Shown here one piece after another: positions 1 through 13,666 of a stretch of 64,000 nucleotides of DNA. Below the pieces are notes generated by a model. It was not told the DNA's origin. It did not search any database and saw only the letters and a list, made by a program, of their open reading frames with translations. The stretch is from Kudoa neothunni (taxonomy: Eukaryota; Animalia; Cnidaria). The stretch is taken from positions 11,247,608-11,311,607 of the forward strand of contig OZ199838.1 of NCBI GenBank assembly GCA_964304625.1. Direction: 5' to 3'. Position 1 is the stretch's first letter; each line of letters begins with the position of its first letter. The translations under genes and the position numbers were made by a program.

Positions 1-560
1 CTGATTTATATATATTTATCTATGGATGAGAAATTTTCCCGAGATCTTGTCAAGATACAATCCGGAATACATATTAAATTTGTATGGGACGGCTCATTTT
101 TATGAACAGCTGATACAGCGTACGTCCACTATTAAAAATTAGCACAATGTAAGGATGTAAAACAATTCCAAAGCGTGCTACGACTTTTATCACTTCTGCA
201 ATGACCGAAGAAAAATTTTAATTACACATAATAACAAAATTTTAGGAAAAATCGCTGTTTTGGGAACTAAAGAGTTTTCAGTTTAGTGCCATTCGCACAC
301 GAATGTGTGATTATCTTCATCTATGTTTTATCAGATCCTCAAAGATATGAACCAGAGATTCATTAAAGAAAACAGGAAAGTTTTTTTTATTATAAAAGTG
401 CTCATATTGTCCTTAATCGGTCGATGATTTCAAAAACATCCAGCTCCTACTTCTGTCAAAAACACTGCGTGTGTGGTGCAGCCAATTTATCTGGGGATAA
501 TTCACCGCTTAAAAGCCAACTAGAGAAAAATATTATGCATAAATGTGCTATTCGGAGAGA
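1..560 (+). pseudogene. Degenerate pogo/Tigger transposase fragment, truncated by the window start
   Basis: Hand translation gives ILSRYNPEYILNLYGTAHFYEQL and KNTACVVQPIYLGIIHRLKAN*RK. These align with ISNYNHENIFNLDELALFYEKL and KNTTSIVQTMDLGVINSLKANYRK in the Tigger copy at 22129-23988. Many stops and frameshifts. Confidence 0.7.
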
Positions 561-1327
561 TGAACCCAAAAATATTTAAATATGCCGCATTTGATTACTT
601 AAATACGTTAAAATCGGTTCGGGAATGGTTACGATTAAAAAATTAATAATTGAGTTAATAATCCGCCCATTTTCAAACAAAAATAATTTATTTTTTCTTC
701 ATTTTTATTGAAAGATTAGCAAGATAAAACTTTAAACTAATTTGATGATGAAATAACATTATAAAGTAATTAATCGAAAAATTTTAATATTCGTTTGTGT
801 AGATAATAATGATATTATTTTGTTAGAGGAAAATGAAATTTTTCATTTAAATTAAGATGATCAAAGTAAACTTACTTTTTGGAGCGAAGATACTGATCTC
901 ATACACAACGATGAAATCGTTACAACGTTTCAGGTATAAAATCTTATAAATACGCGAAAAAACGTATGTCGTTGAGAATCCTATTGAATTATTTTCTGTA
1001 CATCAAGTTAAGGATGCCTTGCGCTAATTTATAAATAAATTAATGAAAAGTTATAAAGTAGATGAATTATTTTGTAAGGAATGTTCAATTAACAGCTTGT
1101 TGCGCACGCACTTCTAGATTTGCCTAATGTTTGTCTATTGCGTGATTTTTCCACTGCCCAACAATATTATGCAATATCGAGACACGACTGTATTATTTTT
1201 ATCAGCAAGGTAATCAGCATATTCGCTAATCATGGATTTATCTTCAACGTCTGTACTATCAGACTCCCCTTATATACCAAATCCAATGCATCGAGATCAG
1301 ATTCATGGATACTATATACCTATATAC

Positions 1328-1933
1328 CAAAGGTCGGCAACGACCGACCCCCGCAAGGGATGTCATTGATAAAGTTAATTTTTTTGACGGTGCTTATATA
1401 ATTTCCCCAGCTTTTAATGTCGATCTCTTCAGCATATAAATAAGCTTAATAGCAATGTGAACTATGTTACTTAAGTATTATTCCCTTTTTTTAAACATAA
1501 AAATGCTTAAAAAAATAAAGATTAAAATTTTTCCCCGAGCAAATTTCTTACCTATTTTTACTGATTGTACGATATTAGTTTTATTGTAGCTAATGGAAAC
1601 GTTTAATTATTGCTCTTTACGATTTAGAACCATAATTTGAATATATAAACGTTTAAATTCAACACCAAAAATATCAGGTAAATTATGAAATAAAAAATTG
1701 TATAAAACCAGTAATTCCCTCATAAAAATATCGAACATTCACTTTCGTTATGTTTCTTTTTCTCGTTAAAATAAAAATATATTTTTTTAAATGTCCAAAT
1801 ACAAATTTACTAATCCAATTTTCAATTGTATTGTGAAAAATTTATTACATCTACTGGATATAAATATTCTGGCCTGCCTCTTAGTTTGGCATGATTATCC
1901 GGCCCGTCAACCTAGTAGGGTTGCCGCCCCCTG
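1328..1933. mobile_element. hAT (Buster/Charlie-type) MITE
   Basis: TIRs CAAAGGTCGGCAAC and GTTGCCGCCCCCTG; perfect 8-bp TSD CTATATAC (1320-1327, 1934-1941); no transposase. Confidence 0.85.
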
Positions 1934-2111
1934 CTATATACTATCATCGCTACTTGCTAAAAAATATTCTGGCGCCACTAAAACACGTTTCACGCATGCG
2001 CGTCAGGGGGTTTAGTATTTGTCATTTTTCGGCATGAAGCCACCGTTCGATTTAAGTTTTCTTATATTAATGTAATTATTGAATTGTATAGTGTTGAAAT
2101 TTCAAATTAAA

Positions 2112-2517
2112 ATCTGGGGTCTTTTGTCACCCTATTTATTAATTTGTTACTCGGAGTGGAGGATGTGTTTTTTCAAATCCTCGCCATGTTGATTCATAAT
2201 TTTTTTTTAAATATTTATTAATATGTATTTGAGTTACAAAAACATGGCTGAAATATTATTAGTGAAAACTTTCTGGTTTTCGAGAAAACCGAAACGTAAT
2301 TTCTTTTGGGGTCATTTTCACCCCATGTTATTTGGTATATTTTTATTGTTTTAATATTATTATAAAATATGAAAATCTCTTTAATTAGTATTTTTATATA
2401 GATTTTTGTGTCCTAGGAGAATAACAGAAATTTAAGCTTTGGCAATTATTTCGATTTCGAGAAAATCGCGTTTCAAATCGCACCAGGGTCCTTTTTCACA
2501 TTATGTTACTTAGAAGG
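2112..2517. mobile_element. piggyBac-like non-autonomous remnant (right end only)
   Basis: Three GGGTC..CACCC-type subterminal motifs and a terminus AAGG|TTAA at 2514-2521; left end not found. Confidence 0.4.
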
Positions 2518-4065
2518 TTAAGCTGTTTATAACATTGAATAATGCTCTCTAGTGTGTTAAAATTTGAAAGTGATTAATATTTACTTCTTTTCTCGTTAAT
2601 GTTAAAATTTATTCAACGGACTTAATAAAATAACATCTATAAGTCTTCATTCCATCAAAAACAGCGTAAAATGAAAATTCGTGGCAATACAACCTTCATC
2701 AGGAAAAACTTTTGTGCATATGGAGTTAATAAACGGAAAATAAATAAGTATTATATTAGGTTTAATTAAAAAAGTGGATATACGATTCTAAATGAGACTA
2801 GAATGAGATCAAACCATTCTGATTCTATTCGGGTGGAGGACACGTTAAATATCATTATTGATTTTCAAGTACGTCACACTGCCAATTATCTTATAATTAT
2901 CCTCGCCCCTCCAGAGCGGTTTATTAAACGTTTAAAAATTCCCATGCCCCAGTGTTGAGAAACATTGCAGTATACTCTAATCACACCTTCCGCGATCCAA
3001 TAAGAAACATCAAGCAGAATGAGGTATGACCAAAACTTGGGTTTGAACTTGCGAATTCACGATTCGCAGTCGAATTGAATCACGTCTTTGCAATTCATCA
3101 ACTGCTATCCTTTCCATATGAAGAGGAATTATGGTAAAACATTATTGATATATGCTTCAAAAATTGTTTATGCCAAAGGTTAATCAATCTGAACTAACTT
3201 TGACACATTTAATCTTATTTGTTGTGTAGCACCGCTTGGCAAAATCGATAGGAACATGCTCAATAAATTCTCATTTTATTCCGCTATTCTTTATGCTGAC
3301 CAGAATTACATTATGGTTATGAATAATGTTTTCTCCCATTATTCTAAAAAGTCTTTTTTTAATTTTTGTGTACAAATAATTTCTTACCAAGATATTCTCT
3401 CTCTTGGGCCCACGTGAAGAAGCATTCTCTCACATTAAGTCTAATGTCCGATGAAATCCTTTCATTTTAAGGTTGAGTACATTAAAAAAGAAGGTGAACA
3501 ACGTAAATTGTGGTAAATGAAAATGATTTAAAATTTATTTTTGTCTCTTTGAGACACTTTTTACTATTTATCACCTTTGGATGTCTAACTATTTTAATAT
3601 ATTAGATGAATTTTTTATGTGGAAACTAGCTATTATTTTGATAACAACATTAAATAAATGATTAGAAATCTCTAACAAGCATAGGATTAGGCAATATCGT
3701 TTTGTTGGCGGTAAACCCAATTACTATACTATGCAAGGTTTAAATATGAGGTGACCAATTGACAGCTTAATCTAGTACACAAGGTTCAATGGAAAATTAA
3801 TGAGTTTCACTTTTCTCTTTATTAAATTTATTTTAAGAATCATTAAACTTGAAAGAATAACCAGGCAGGAATCCTGCAGCTGAAACTTAGAATTCAATGG
3901 GAAATACGGGAAACAAACGAACAACTCTCCACAGTGCTACTTTGCAACGAAAAAGAAATTAGTTTAAACAGAGAATATATAAATATGTTGTTTCATACAA
4001 AATAATACAAACAAAAAATAAAGCGTTCCGTCGAATTATTGGTGGCCATCTACTAATTCAAACTA

Positions 4066-6108
4066 TCATTGATTCGGTTTGATTTTTCGAAATTTGTAAC
4101 AACAACTAAATAATATATCCGTTAAACTGTGGATGGATGGTGTGGATAGCTGAGAATTTGTAAATCACTTCCAAAAAGAGACTTTAAAATGATCAAATCG
4201 GCCATAAGATTCGTTGTTTTCCGACGACACTGTAGAGCGGTAGCCAACGTCTGGAGTGTTGCCACCACTATGGGAGTGCTTTTTCTTACCATTTTTTTTG
4301 TCTGTACAGAAATGTGAGGGAGTAGGCTTTCTTGAGTGAGATCTGAAACGTTCGACACGGTTTTGTTGGTTGTTTCTCATATCGTTGAGGATGGTGCTAG
4401 TTACTCTATTGGTTGAGGATGGTGTACCATGACAACCATTCTTGAAATGGGTTAATGTGTTTGATAAAGAAACAATTAGATACTACCTGGTTTTGATTGG
4501 CCGCCGAAGTACCAAAATCGGTGGTAGCATGAACATGCTGATAATTATGAAAAGGGATAGAGAATGAATTGTAATTGGCCAACTGTGAGTCATACAATCC
4601 CAAAGAATCGTCCTGAAGCAATTAGAATTAGTTTTATTATTCCAATATAACTCACATAATTTATTATGTGCGGATCGTTTTAATGTGTTGCATTGGGATG
4701 AAAGAGCATCATTAGGTGTGCCTTGGGAAAAATTCTCCTAGTTGTTATGTCAAACAACGTACAGTCGAGTTTAGAAAGCTACCTGATAACACCATTCAAA
4801 TTTATTATCAACAATGAATCCATTTCTTCGACATGCTTTAAAAAATATATTGTACAATAAGTCGTAGTCAGGTTGTTGTTCGAATTCCAATTGTTTCACA
4901 TAGCTCATGTATTGAATCCATTCATCTAAAAAATTAAGCATGAATAGAGCAAAAAGCTTTCAATTAAGATAAAAAAATACCAGCTAAATTATAGCAAAGT
5001 GTAGGTATAGTGGTGTTATTCTTAACTTGACCGATTTTATTGTAACGATCAAAAATATTTTCTGCTTTTAGACCCTGCCAAGGTAGAGCGCCTCTCAAAA
5101 AGTAAATGAGCATGTATCCGAGTGATTCAAGATCGTCTCTTCTGCTTTGTTCTTAAGAATAGATATTTTTGGTGTGTGCCATTCAAAATAAAACAACCGA
5201 TCACATACCACAACCAAGATGAGTGTTCACACTCATGTATCTAGCTGTACCGCTTAGATTTTTGTTATTGCAAAACGGTATGTGTTTTTTTGTTTCCAAG
5301 TTGATGTAAGGTTTGGCAAGACCAAAATCGATTATATAAATGGTTCCTTCTTTGGTACCGTTACCAATAACAAAATTTTCAGGTTTCACATCACGAAATA
5401 TGATTCCTTTTGAATGTACATACTCAAATCGTTTCACCTAGAATATCGATTATCGCCAAAGAATATGCAGACACATACCAATTGCATCGCTATCATCAAT
5501 ACAGTTTTGTATACAAATTTTCGACTATATTTCATGAAAAGCTGCTCCAAATTCGGACCAAGATACTCCAAAACCAATGCATTATGGGTAGCAAAAGGGC
5601 CAAAGTAATACACGTTTGGTATACCTTCTAAAAATAAAAATAAGTTCACCAAGATGATAATAATTCATCCTAACAATATAGTATCACCTACCTGATCTAC
5701 CCAATAGAAGATAGAATCGATGTTCACTTTTAAGTTGGGGTATACGAGCTCGCATTGATTCCTATAATACAATAAACATCAAAAATAACAAAATCATATT
5801 GTGTGGTTACCAATTTGACGGCTACATGTACGCCGCTGTTCACATCTCTACCTACAGGGAGAATTAATCAAAATTATTCGTGTTGTTTTTGATGAAAAAT
5901 AAATCCATGGCATAAACGTGTGATTACCCAATCTCACTTCCCCAAAATTTCCAAACCCTATTTTTCTACCAACACAATATCTATTGGCGATCATTGTCGG
6001 ATTCGAAGAGTTATTGTTCATCGAAACTGATGTTGTGGAGGTCATAGTCGATCTTGACATCAGACTACCACTGACCAGTGTACGACGACTGGTTGAACCG
6101 TCGTTCAT
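4066..6108 (-). CDS. CSNK1G: Casein kinase I gamma (multi-exon)
   Basis: Motifs [61 protein letters not shown] and [18 protein letters not shown], joined by GT-AG introns. The last exon encodes [10 protein letters not shown], like the CK1-gamma palmitoylation motif. Stop at 4066-4068. Confidence 0.9.
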
Positions 6109-8980
6109 TTTATTTCAACACAGTGATCAAATTTAACACTACTGGTGTTACAATAACGGCAAAATGTTACTATTTAAAAACGTTCGATCAATTACAACCC
6201 AAAATATATTTCGTCTAAAACCGTCTGACATCGTCCTCATTCAAATTGGTGACAAAATGATTAGTTGTTTGTTATTGTGCTTGTTTTTATGCTAGTGATG
6301 TTTTTGACAGTATTATATTTTTAATATAACTAACCAAAAATTAAATTTTATTAAACAGAGTTCTTATTAATCAGACCATAAGTCAATTGGTTTAATTACT
6401 GTGATCGAAATAATCATTCAATAGAAATATCTATTTTGTATAATTACTCCTATGGACGTTTTCTGTATATTGTTACTTATTTGCGACTATACGAACCAAT
6501 TTGTATCCCTGGTGGTATCGCCTTACAATGTAAATCAGTATTTTTTAGAAAGATTAACAATTGAGGGGAGATCATCTTACACTGAGTTGCCGCACCGATA
6601 ATACCTTATAAATATTTTATCTGGGTGGAATCGTTTGGTGTGAAGAATTAATTTGACAATATTTTTATTATTTTTGTCCAAGTCGCCTGAACAATTAAGT
6701 TAATCTTGTGGTTATTATTGTATAATTCGTCGTTATTATACACTTAAATTTAATTAACATATTTATTTTAATCTTTTCATATGCACCGATATTCTAATAC
6801 TGAGCGGCTTTGGGCGTTTACGGATTCTTACGCGGTTGCTAAAGCATGGGCAATATCGAGGGTGGGCGTTTCCGCCGACCATTCGCTTCCCATATTCTAC
6901 TTGCTATGTGTATTTTAACAATTTTCTTATGTTTTAAAATCTGAATTGACATCATCTATCGAAGGATGCAGATAGTTTGACTTAAATGCATTCTACCATA
7001 AAGCTCTTCAGAATGCTTTAATCTCCTCTCTCAAATTGGGCCTGAGTTTTTTTTCAGAGTTCGCTAGTGATTTTAATTCTGAATAAAATTTTAAGAGTGT
7101 AAAACATTAATATGATAATTATTTGTTTCTAGTTTTGATAAATATGCGATGAAAATGGTCTATTCATAAGAAATGCTAATTACCTCTCATATTAAAATTA
7201 ATTCGCTGCGCAATCTTTACATTAAAAAACTGGTTTGGTATATCTACTAACAAGAGAATAAAATAAATATTATTTTGATTTATTCGTAATACATACTTAA
7301 GGATTCCTTGATCAATTTTTTTATCTTCATCCCTAGCTTAATGATAGATTAAAAATAATCTTTAAATTATTTACTGAGTTTTTAAATATTTTTTTTTTCT
7401 TATAAAATTGAATTTTGACAAACTAAAATTGTAATCTTTATACAAAAAGTGGTAGTTTCCGCGTATGTTTGAAGTAGTAGGCATGTGCCATGAGGAATTT
7501 TTTTAATAGAAATTTTAGTATACATTCGAAAGGTTTATAAGATTTCAAAAATTCGTTAATTCACTTAGAAATATGCATCTAACCAATATTATTATCAAAA
7601 ATAAAGAATTTCCTAGTATCCTATTTAAAAACCAGCTTAAAAAATACAGGTGTAGTATTAATGTTTGTTTACTTCAGAGTGATAGTCAACTAGGATGAAC
7701 TTTTACATTCTATATGCAATGATAATACGTTGATTAAGGAAAAAATGTAATATTTACGTTAAATTTAACATTAGGAGTGATTTTAAGGAAAATAAAGCAC
7801 ATAATGACATATTTACAAGTGATGTTGGGTTTCTCTTAAAACTTGTAGTATACACAAATTTTTTAATATATAGGTTCATTTTTTAAACGCTATAGAGATA
7901 TTAAAACAGGAAATATTACGAATTATTTAAATAAAAAAATGATTTGAGATAATTGATTATTGCCCTAATAGAACATTTTAGAAATGCATAAAACATTCTA
8001 ACAATATGATAAATACTTGAAGCTATTTAATCCTTTTATTTTAATTGAACACAAAATAATATTGTATTGAATAATTTTTGTAGAACAAACCTTTTTAAAC
8101 AATTATACTAATCAAATATTTCAATCTGCTTTGTAAATTCTGTTCATGCACGTTCTGAGTATATAAAATTAAATAAATTTTTGATATGTTTCCTTGTAAA
8201 GAAAATTTTGTATTTAAGGCGTTGGTCAATCAAAAAGATACAATTTACTTCCAAATGCTTTATCGCTTGAAACAATTTAAAACTTCATATTTTTATTTCT
8301 TGCAAATCAAATTACTACCTGGATTAACTTAATGTAAATATTCATTCAAGTAAAAAATTTATCAAGCAAGAATTGATAAATAATTCTAGACTAAGAATGA
8401 TGCAATTCCCCTGAGAAATACAAAAGGAAATGAACCAATAATCTGCCATTTCCAATTAATCAATGTATTATATTTAATAAGGTCATTTTTTACTTTTAAT
8501 CGTTCCTTTATTTTTAAAATTTTTTTTAAAATTATTAATGCTGAGATTAACAAAATTAAAATATTATCTGCTACGAAAAACTATGCAACGTTTACAAAAT
8601 TTTTACTAAATGACAGATATTAAATATTTCCAATTTATTTACATTTTTTAGACTGTCCTATTATATGATTATATCTATGTTTTCACAGATTTATAAAATA
8701 AAACTACTGGTACCAATTAACTTTCTATTTTAATTTCCAAGTTATGCATATTTTGGCTAAAATATTATTTTCTGTAATGCACAGAACAAAAAATAGCCAG
8801 TAAAATAGATTATATGAAAGGAAAAATAAGATTATTCAACTAATCATTGCCTAAATTACTTAAAAATTCTCTAAACCATCATCAAGCTAAACTGGATCTT
8901 TATGGTATTTTTAAATGTTTTATCTAAACATGAGCTAACAAATTGTTATTCTGAAGTATATCGAAAGTGATATACTATCA

Positions 8981-10079
8981 TCTGTCTACTATATATATAT
9001 AAAGCTGAAGTGTGTGTGTCAGCAAGTACGCAAATATGTCAAAAATTTTTTCCTTATAGAGTGGCATTTATGAAATTTTTTAAAATTACAATGTTCTAAA
9101 AAGTGTTTAGAAAATGGTGATTTCGTCGATTCAAAGTTTGTTTATCGGATTATTTGAGTAAAACAATAGGATTGCCATCGGCTTGTGTCATGGTGAAGGT
9201 CGGTTGAAGTTAACATTCTACCTTATATGCTCTATTAAATGTTAATTAAACGATGTCATCTATCTTTATGTAAAGGTTGGAGTTTTTCTACCTAGGTGTT
9301 TGTGCAAATACTCTCCTTATTTGTGGTGTTTTAACGTATTTGGCTTGATAAATACATTTGAAGGTTCTATTAATGGTTTTAGATACGATAAAAATTTATA
9401 TATGTTTCATGAGTAACGAATTGGTGGAGAACGTTAAAATTACATTGATTGAAGCATTATAATCGAAATACTGCGTCCGTAGATTTCATTGAAATCGTCC
9501 ACTAAGTTTATCTTTCCGTGATCAAATTCAATGCAGATAGATGTACTTTTATTTCGCCAAATTATTTAAATTGTTTATGTTGAAGTTAACGCAATTTGTG
9601 GCTGTTTATGGGAAAAAGTGCGTTAAGCTCTTTCCGGACCAACAGATAATAATTTGAGTAATAAAGATCAATTTTCGTAAATTTTCTTCTATCACTATAT
9701 CTTTTGGTATTCATTTATCTCACGTAAACAGTGGTGCACAATCTTTCGGAGCTGGGCCAAAAATAACGTTTATGGTAACATTTTAATAGGATCTAAATAA
9801 TTCGGGAATGCAAAACAATATGACACTTACAATAAATTATTTAGCGTTGGTGCCGGGCCACGAAATTTTTAAATGAACACCGGGATTGATACTTTCCTTC
9901 ACAGAAATGGTCATAATTAAAATTTCGCTAAACCAAATCGTTGTAAGTATGTCAGTTCGAACTTTTTAGTTATTTTGCATCTATGGGTTAATATGAAATT
10001 TCACTATATTTTTCGAATATTATTAAGAAACGTATCTATGCGAAATCTTCCTCAAGCAACGCTGGGCAATTCCCGCAAG
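8981..10079 (+). mobile_element. Non-autonomous Helitron, copy 1
   Basis: Starts A|TC followed by TATATATAAAG; ends with an imperfect hairpin and CAAG|T; similar along ~1.1 kb to 33310-34479. Confidence 0.75.
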
Positions 10080-10538
10080 TTTTTTATAAATAAACTTAAA
10101 CTTTTAATAAAGAGAGTTTTCCACATTTTCCATTTAAACACTTATTCGGACATCTTTTGTTATCAAAAGTGTGTCTGTGTGAAAACTACCTCTATATATA
10201 TATATATATATATATATTACAGACGTATTTAATATGGCAAAAAAATCAGCATGAATTCTAAAATAACATTTTTGTTTTTTTTGTAACTAATTTTCAAATG
10301 GAATGTTGTTAAATGTAAAAATGAAATACGGAGTAAACCCACAAATATTAGTTGCTGCTCTAATCTCAAGAATCGTAAATTTCTATACTCGGTATATGAG
10401 ATAAAGCCAAATTTTGTTAAGAAAAAATTGCGTCAAAATTTTCATAAATATAAATTAGTGTAATAACAAAAATATAGGTGAATTTTCCCCCAAGTTTTTA
10501 CATTAACCTTGATAGATAACGCGCACGCATTTCTAAAC

Positions 10539-11735
10539 ATGTCAGAGCGTAAAGTGTTAAATGTAATAAAAAATAAAACAATTCGTCTTTAAAGCTTAAA
10601 ATATGTAGAAATATTATCCACCGGACTTTGATCCAAGAAAATTACCGAGGTTAAAACTTTCAAGAGACAGACAATTTGTTATTCGTATTATGGCACCAAT
10701 GAGTATCAAGTAAGATCGTATTGATTGTTTATATTAATTAGTTTTTATTTTTAGGTGCTCCAATTGTGGTGAATATATTTATAAAGGCAAGAAATTCAAT
10801 GCGAGACAGGTTGAATAAGATATATTTTCATTTTTTCTGATTTGTGATAATTAGGAAACAGTTAAAAACGAAAACTATCTAGGACTCAGAATATATCGAT
10901 TTTATATTAAATGTCCTCGTTGCATGTCCGAAATTACTTTTAAAGTATATTCCCACTCAAAAAATTTAGCAAACTTTTTATGTACCACATAGACTGACCC
11001 AAAAAATGCAGACTACACCATGGAACATGGCGGTAAAAGATGTTTTGATGCCGCTAAACTTGCTGCTCGTGCTCGTGAAAAAGAGCTTGAAGAGATTGAA
11101 GAGGAAGAACAGGCCAATCCTATGTTGGCTCTGGAGAAACGTACCCAAGAATCCAAAATGGAAATGGAATCATTGGAGAAGTTGGAAGAACTTAAAGAAC
11201 TTAATCGAAGGCATGCCGACAGTATAATTCATGGATTTGTGTGGAGTTATTTTAGATGATTGTTTGTAGTTGATCATAAACAGCTGCTCGATATCCATGC
11301 TTCCAAGGAGATGAATGAGGAAGAAATAGACCTCAAACTGGAAGAAGAGCGCGATGAACAACTAACCAAGTGAGTATGTGTTTGAACATGTAAGTAATGT
11401 GTGGATGTGTTAGGGAAATGTTTAAAAATAAAGTTGTTTCAACAAAGGATATTGGAGAAAAGTTTAATTTTTCTAATGTTTTTACTTCAAAATCTGTCAC
11501 TAAGAATCAAGTGATCATTAAAATTTTCTTGCAATTTTACTGGGGTTTTAAGGAAAACACAAAAATAAACAAACCATCAAGCGGGATTGTTGTTGTAAGA
11601 AAACGATCGGAAGCTAAATTCACCGAAACTAATAAAGTTGAGGACTCTCCTCTACAAACTGGGAAAATAGAAACTTCAGTAAAATCGACCGCATTGGTTG
11701 CCTATGGAAGTAGCGATACCGATTCAGAAAACTAG
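10539..11735 (+). CDS. YJU2: Splicing factor YJU2/CCDC94 (multi-exon)
   Basis: Spliced translation [17 protein letters not shown]...[21 protein letters not shown]...[25 protein letters not shown]...[10 protein letters not shown]; C-terminal [13 protein letters not shown]. Confidence 0.95.
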
Positions 11736-11960
11736 AATCATTGTATTATAATTTGATGATTTATATTGGAGTGTTTTTAATTGAATTATTCATTTTTGCG
11801 ATAAATATCTATTTACTTTCTTTCGCAATCAAAGATTTTATGACACTACGATAACCTCCCTTACGCTATAAGATAAGGAGACGTTTCATGATTTATCGCC
11901 TATAAGAGAAGCTCTCTTAAAATTACCTCCTAACACTATCTTTTTTAATCATTAAAAATA

Positions 11961-12519
11961 CAATCAAACCTCGACTATCCGGAATTTCGATTAATGGAAC
12001 ATCTACTTAATCATAAATTCGGTTATAAATGCCACTCGTCACCGTATACTGTGTAGCATATATACAATAATGCAATATTTAAAACAAAAATATTCCTAGA
12101 TTAAATATAAATTTTTCTTTACAACTTAAGTTAGGCATTTAGTTTTTTTTACAAATTTGTACTATATCTGAATATATGCCTGTATGAATACTAAAAAAAC
12201 ATTATTTACCAAATATTTAAAAAATAGGTTACTCCTCTGTGGACGGGTTTCTCTCCCATAATTATGTACTGTTTCTCCTTTAAATCTCCACATTCTTAGA
12301 TATTAGATAAGTCAATATTTTTAATTCAAGTTGCAGAAGTTAAACTATTTTACTCGATAACTAGTAAAAAAATGTTTATAAATCAAATAAACAATTATCT
12401 AAATAGAAACTTTAGGGAATGTGCGCGCGTAAGACAGTTTATGTTCAATAAACCGGGGCCTCGCTATCCGGAAAGAAAATCGCTGGTCCAAAATTTTCCA
12501 GATAATCGAAGTTCGACTG
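11961..12519. mobile_element. Tc1/pogo-type MITE
   Basis: TIRs CAATCAAACCTCGACTATCCGGAA and TTCCAGATAATCGAAGTTCGACTG, flanked by TA on both sides. Confidence 0.75.
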
Positions 12520-12745
12520 TACATTTTCATCAACAGAACAATATTGTCTATCATGTAGATATTTTCTATTTTTTGGTTCTAAAAAACACTTACAGGTTTC
12601 GATTATTTTATTTTGCATCATTCGATGAGATACTTTCTTAATATTAAATAAAACTGCACTTATCGTTAGAATTTATAGTTTTAGGAGGTTAGGGGTATTA
12701 ATTATTGATTTTGATAAATAATAAACCAGAAGTACCAAGAAAGGC

Positions 12746-12767
12746 GCGTGAAATTGGTTACTCACTG
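12746..12767. repeat. Solo right TIR of the Tigger family seen at 62481-63450
   Basis: GCGTGAAATTGGTTACTCACTG|TA resembles GCGTGAAATTGGTTTCTTACTG|TA ending at 63450. Confidence 0.6.
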
Positions 12768-13634
12768 TAAACTATTCGTGGCATTCGAATCATTCTATAC
12801 TCACGTTTTCAACATAAAATTACAATTCCATGTATCCAGCTAATCCCAAAAAAGCATGTGTTGTTTTAGCATTTTAAATTTTAACATCTATTAAAATAAA
12901 AGTAAATTCAAAAAATAACTTAAATGTATTATTAATCTATTAAAAAGCAAAAATTGAAAATTAAATTATATATAAATTTTTCACGTTCCAATTATCGCAT
13001 GAATTCAATCATAATTTTTTATGTACTGAATATAAATACACTAAAAAAATTTATAAACTAAAAATAAAATATTCAAATATATGACAATTGCAAAATGTAT
13101 ATTTTACTAATTGTGGTGTGAATAAATCAACGTATTCAATTAGTAAAAAATATAACAATATTATGGAAAACACTTAAACATACTTTTGGTCAAATGGTTA
13201 CGTTAAAAAATAATATAAACGATTTTAACAAACAAACATGCTAAAATATTTTAAGAATAAGGAAATTCAAAACCTGTTTTAAACAAAAGCGAGATTACAC
13301 GTAGGAACGATTTTGCTCGAAGTGAGATTGGCAAATATTTAGAAGTTATTTATTGAAGCTGAATTTTTTACTCACCATATTCATTTAATTTTCCTAAAAA
13401 GAGTCTTGGAAAACTATGCAAAAAAAGAATGTATTTCAGATGCAACAGACTTTATAATTACGATAACTTAGATTTCTTAATAGTAATTCGATTTATTGCG
13501 ATGAACTGTACTCTCTTAAAAAGATGATTGATTTTATTTATGCGCTCAGGCGAAATTTAATCGGTATCTTAAGGAAACCATAGCCGATCCGCAGATTGTC
13601 GGGAGTTTTCCGTATACCCTCGTGACTTTATCTT

Positions 13635-13666
13635 GGAATTGATGGCGGCATGCCGCCATCAATTCC
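13635..13666. repeat. Perfect 32-bp palindrome
   Basis: GGAATTGATGGCGGCATGCCGCCATCAATTCC is its own reverse complement. Confidence 0.95.

Noticed and set aside
2950-2975. hAT-Charlie-like end GTTGAGAAACATTG followed by CAGTATAC
   Set aside because: No matching left end or TSD found.
6780-8900. Possible degenerate transposon or ncRNA (GC-rich patch at 6800-6890)
   Set aside because: No TIR pair, TSD or convincing protein motif could be established by eye.
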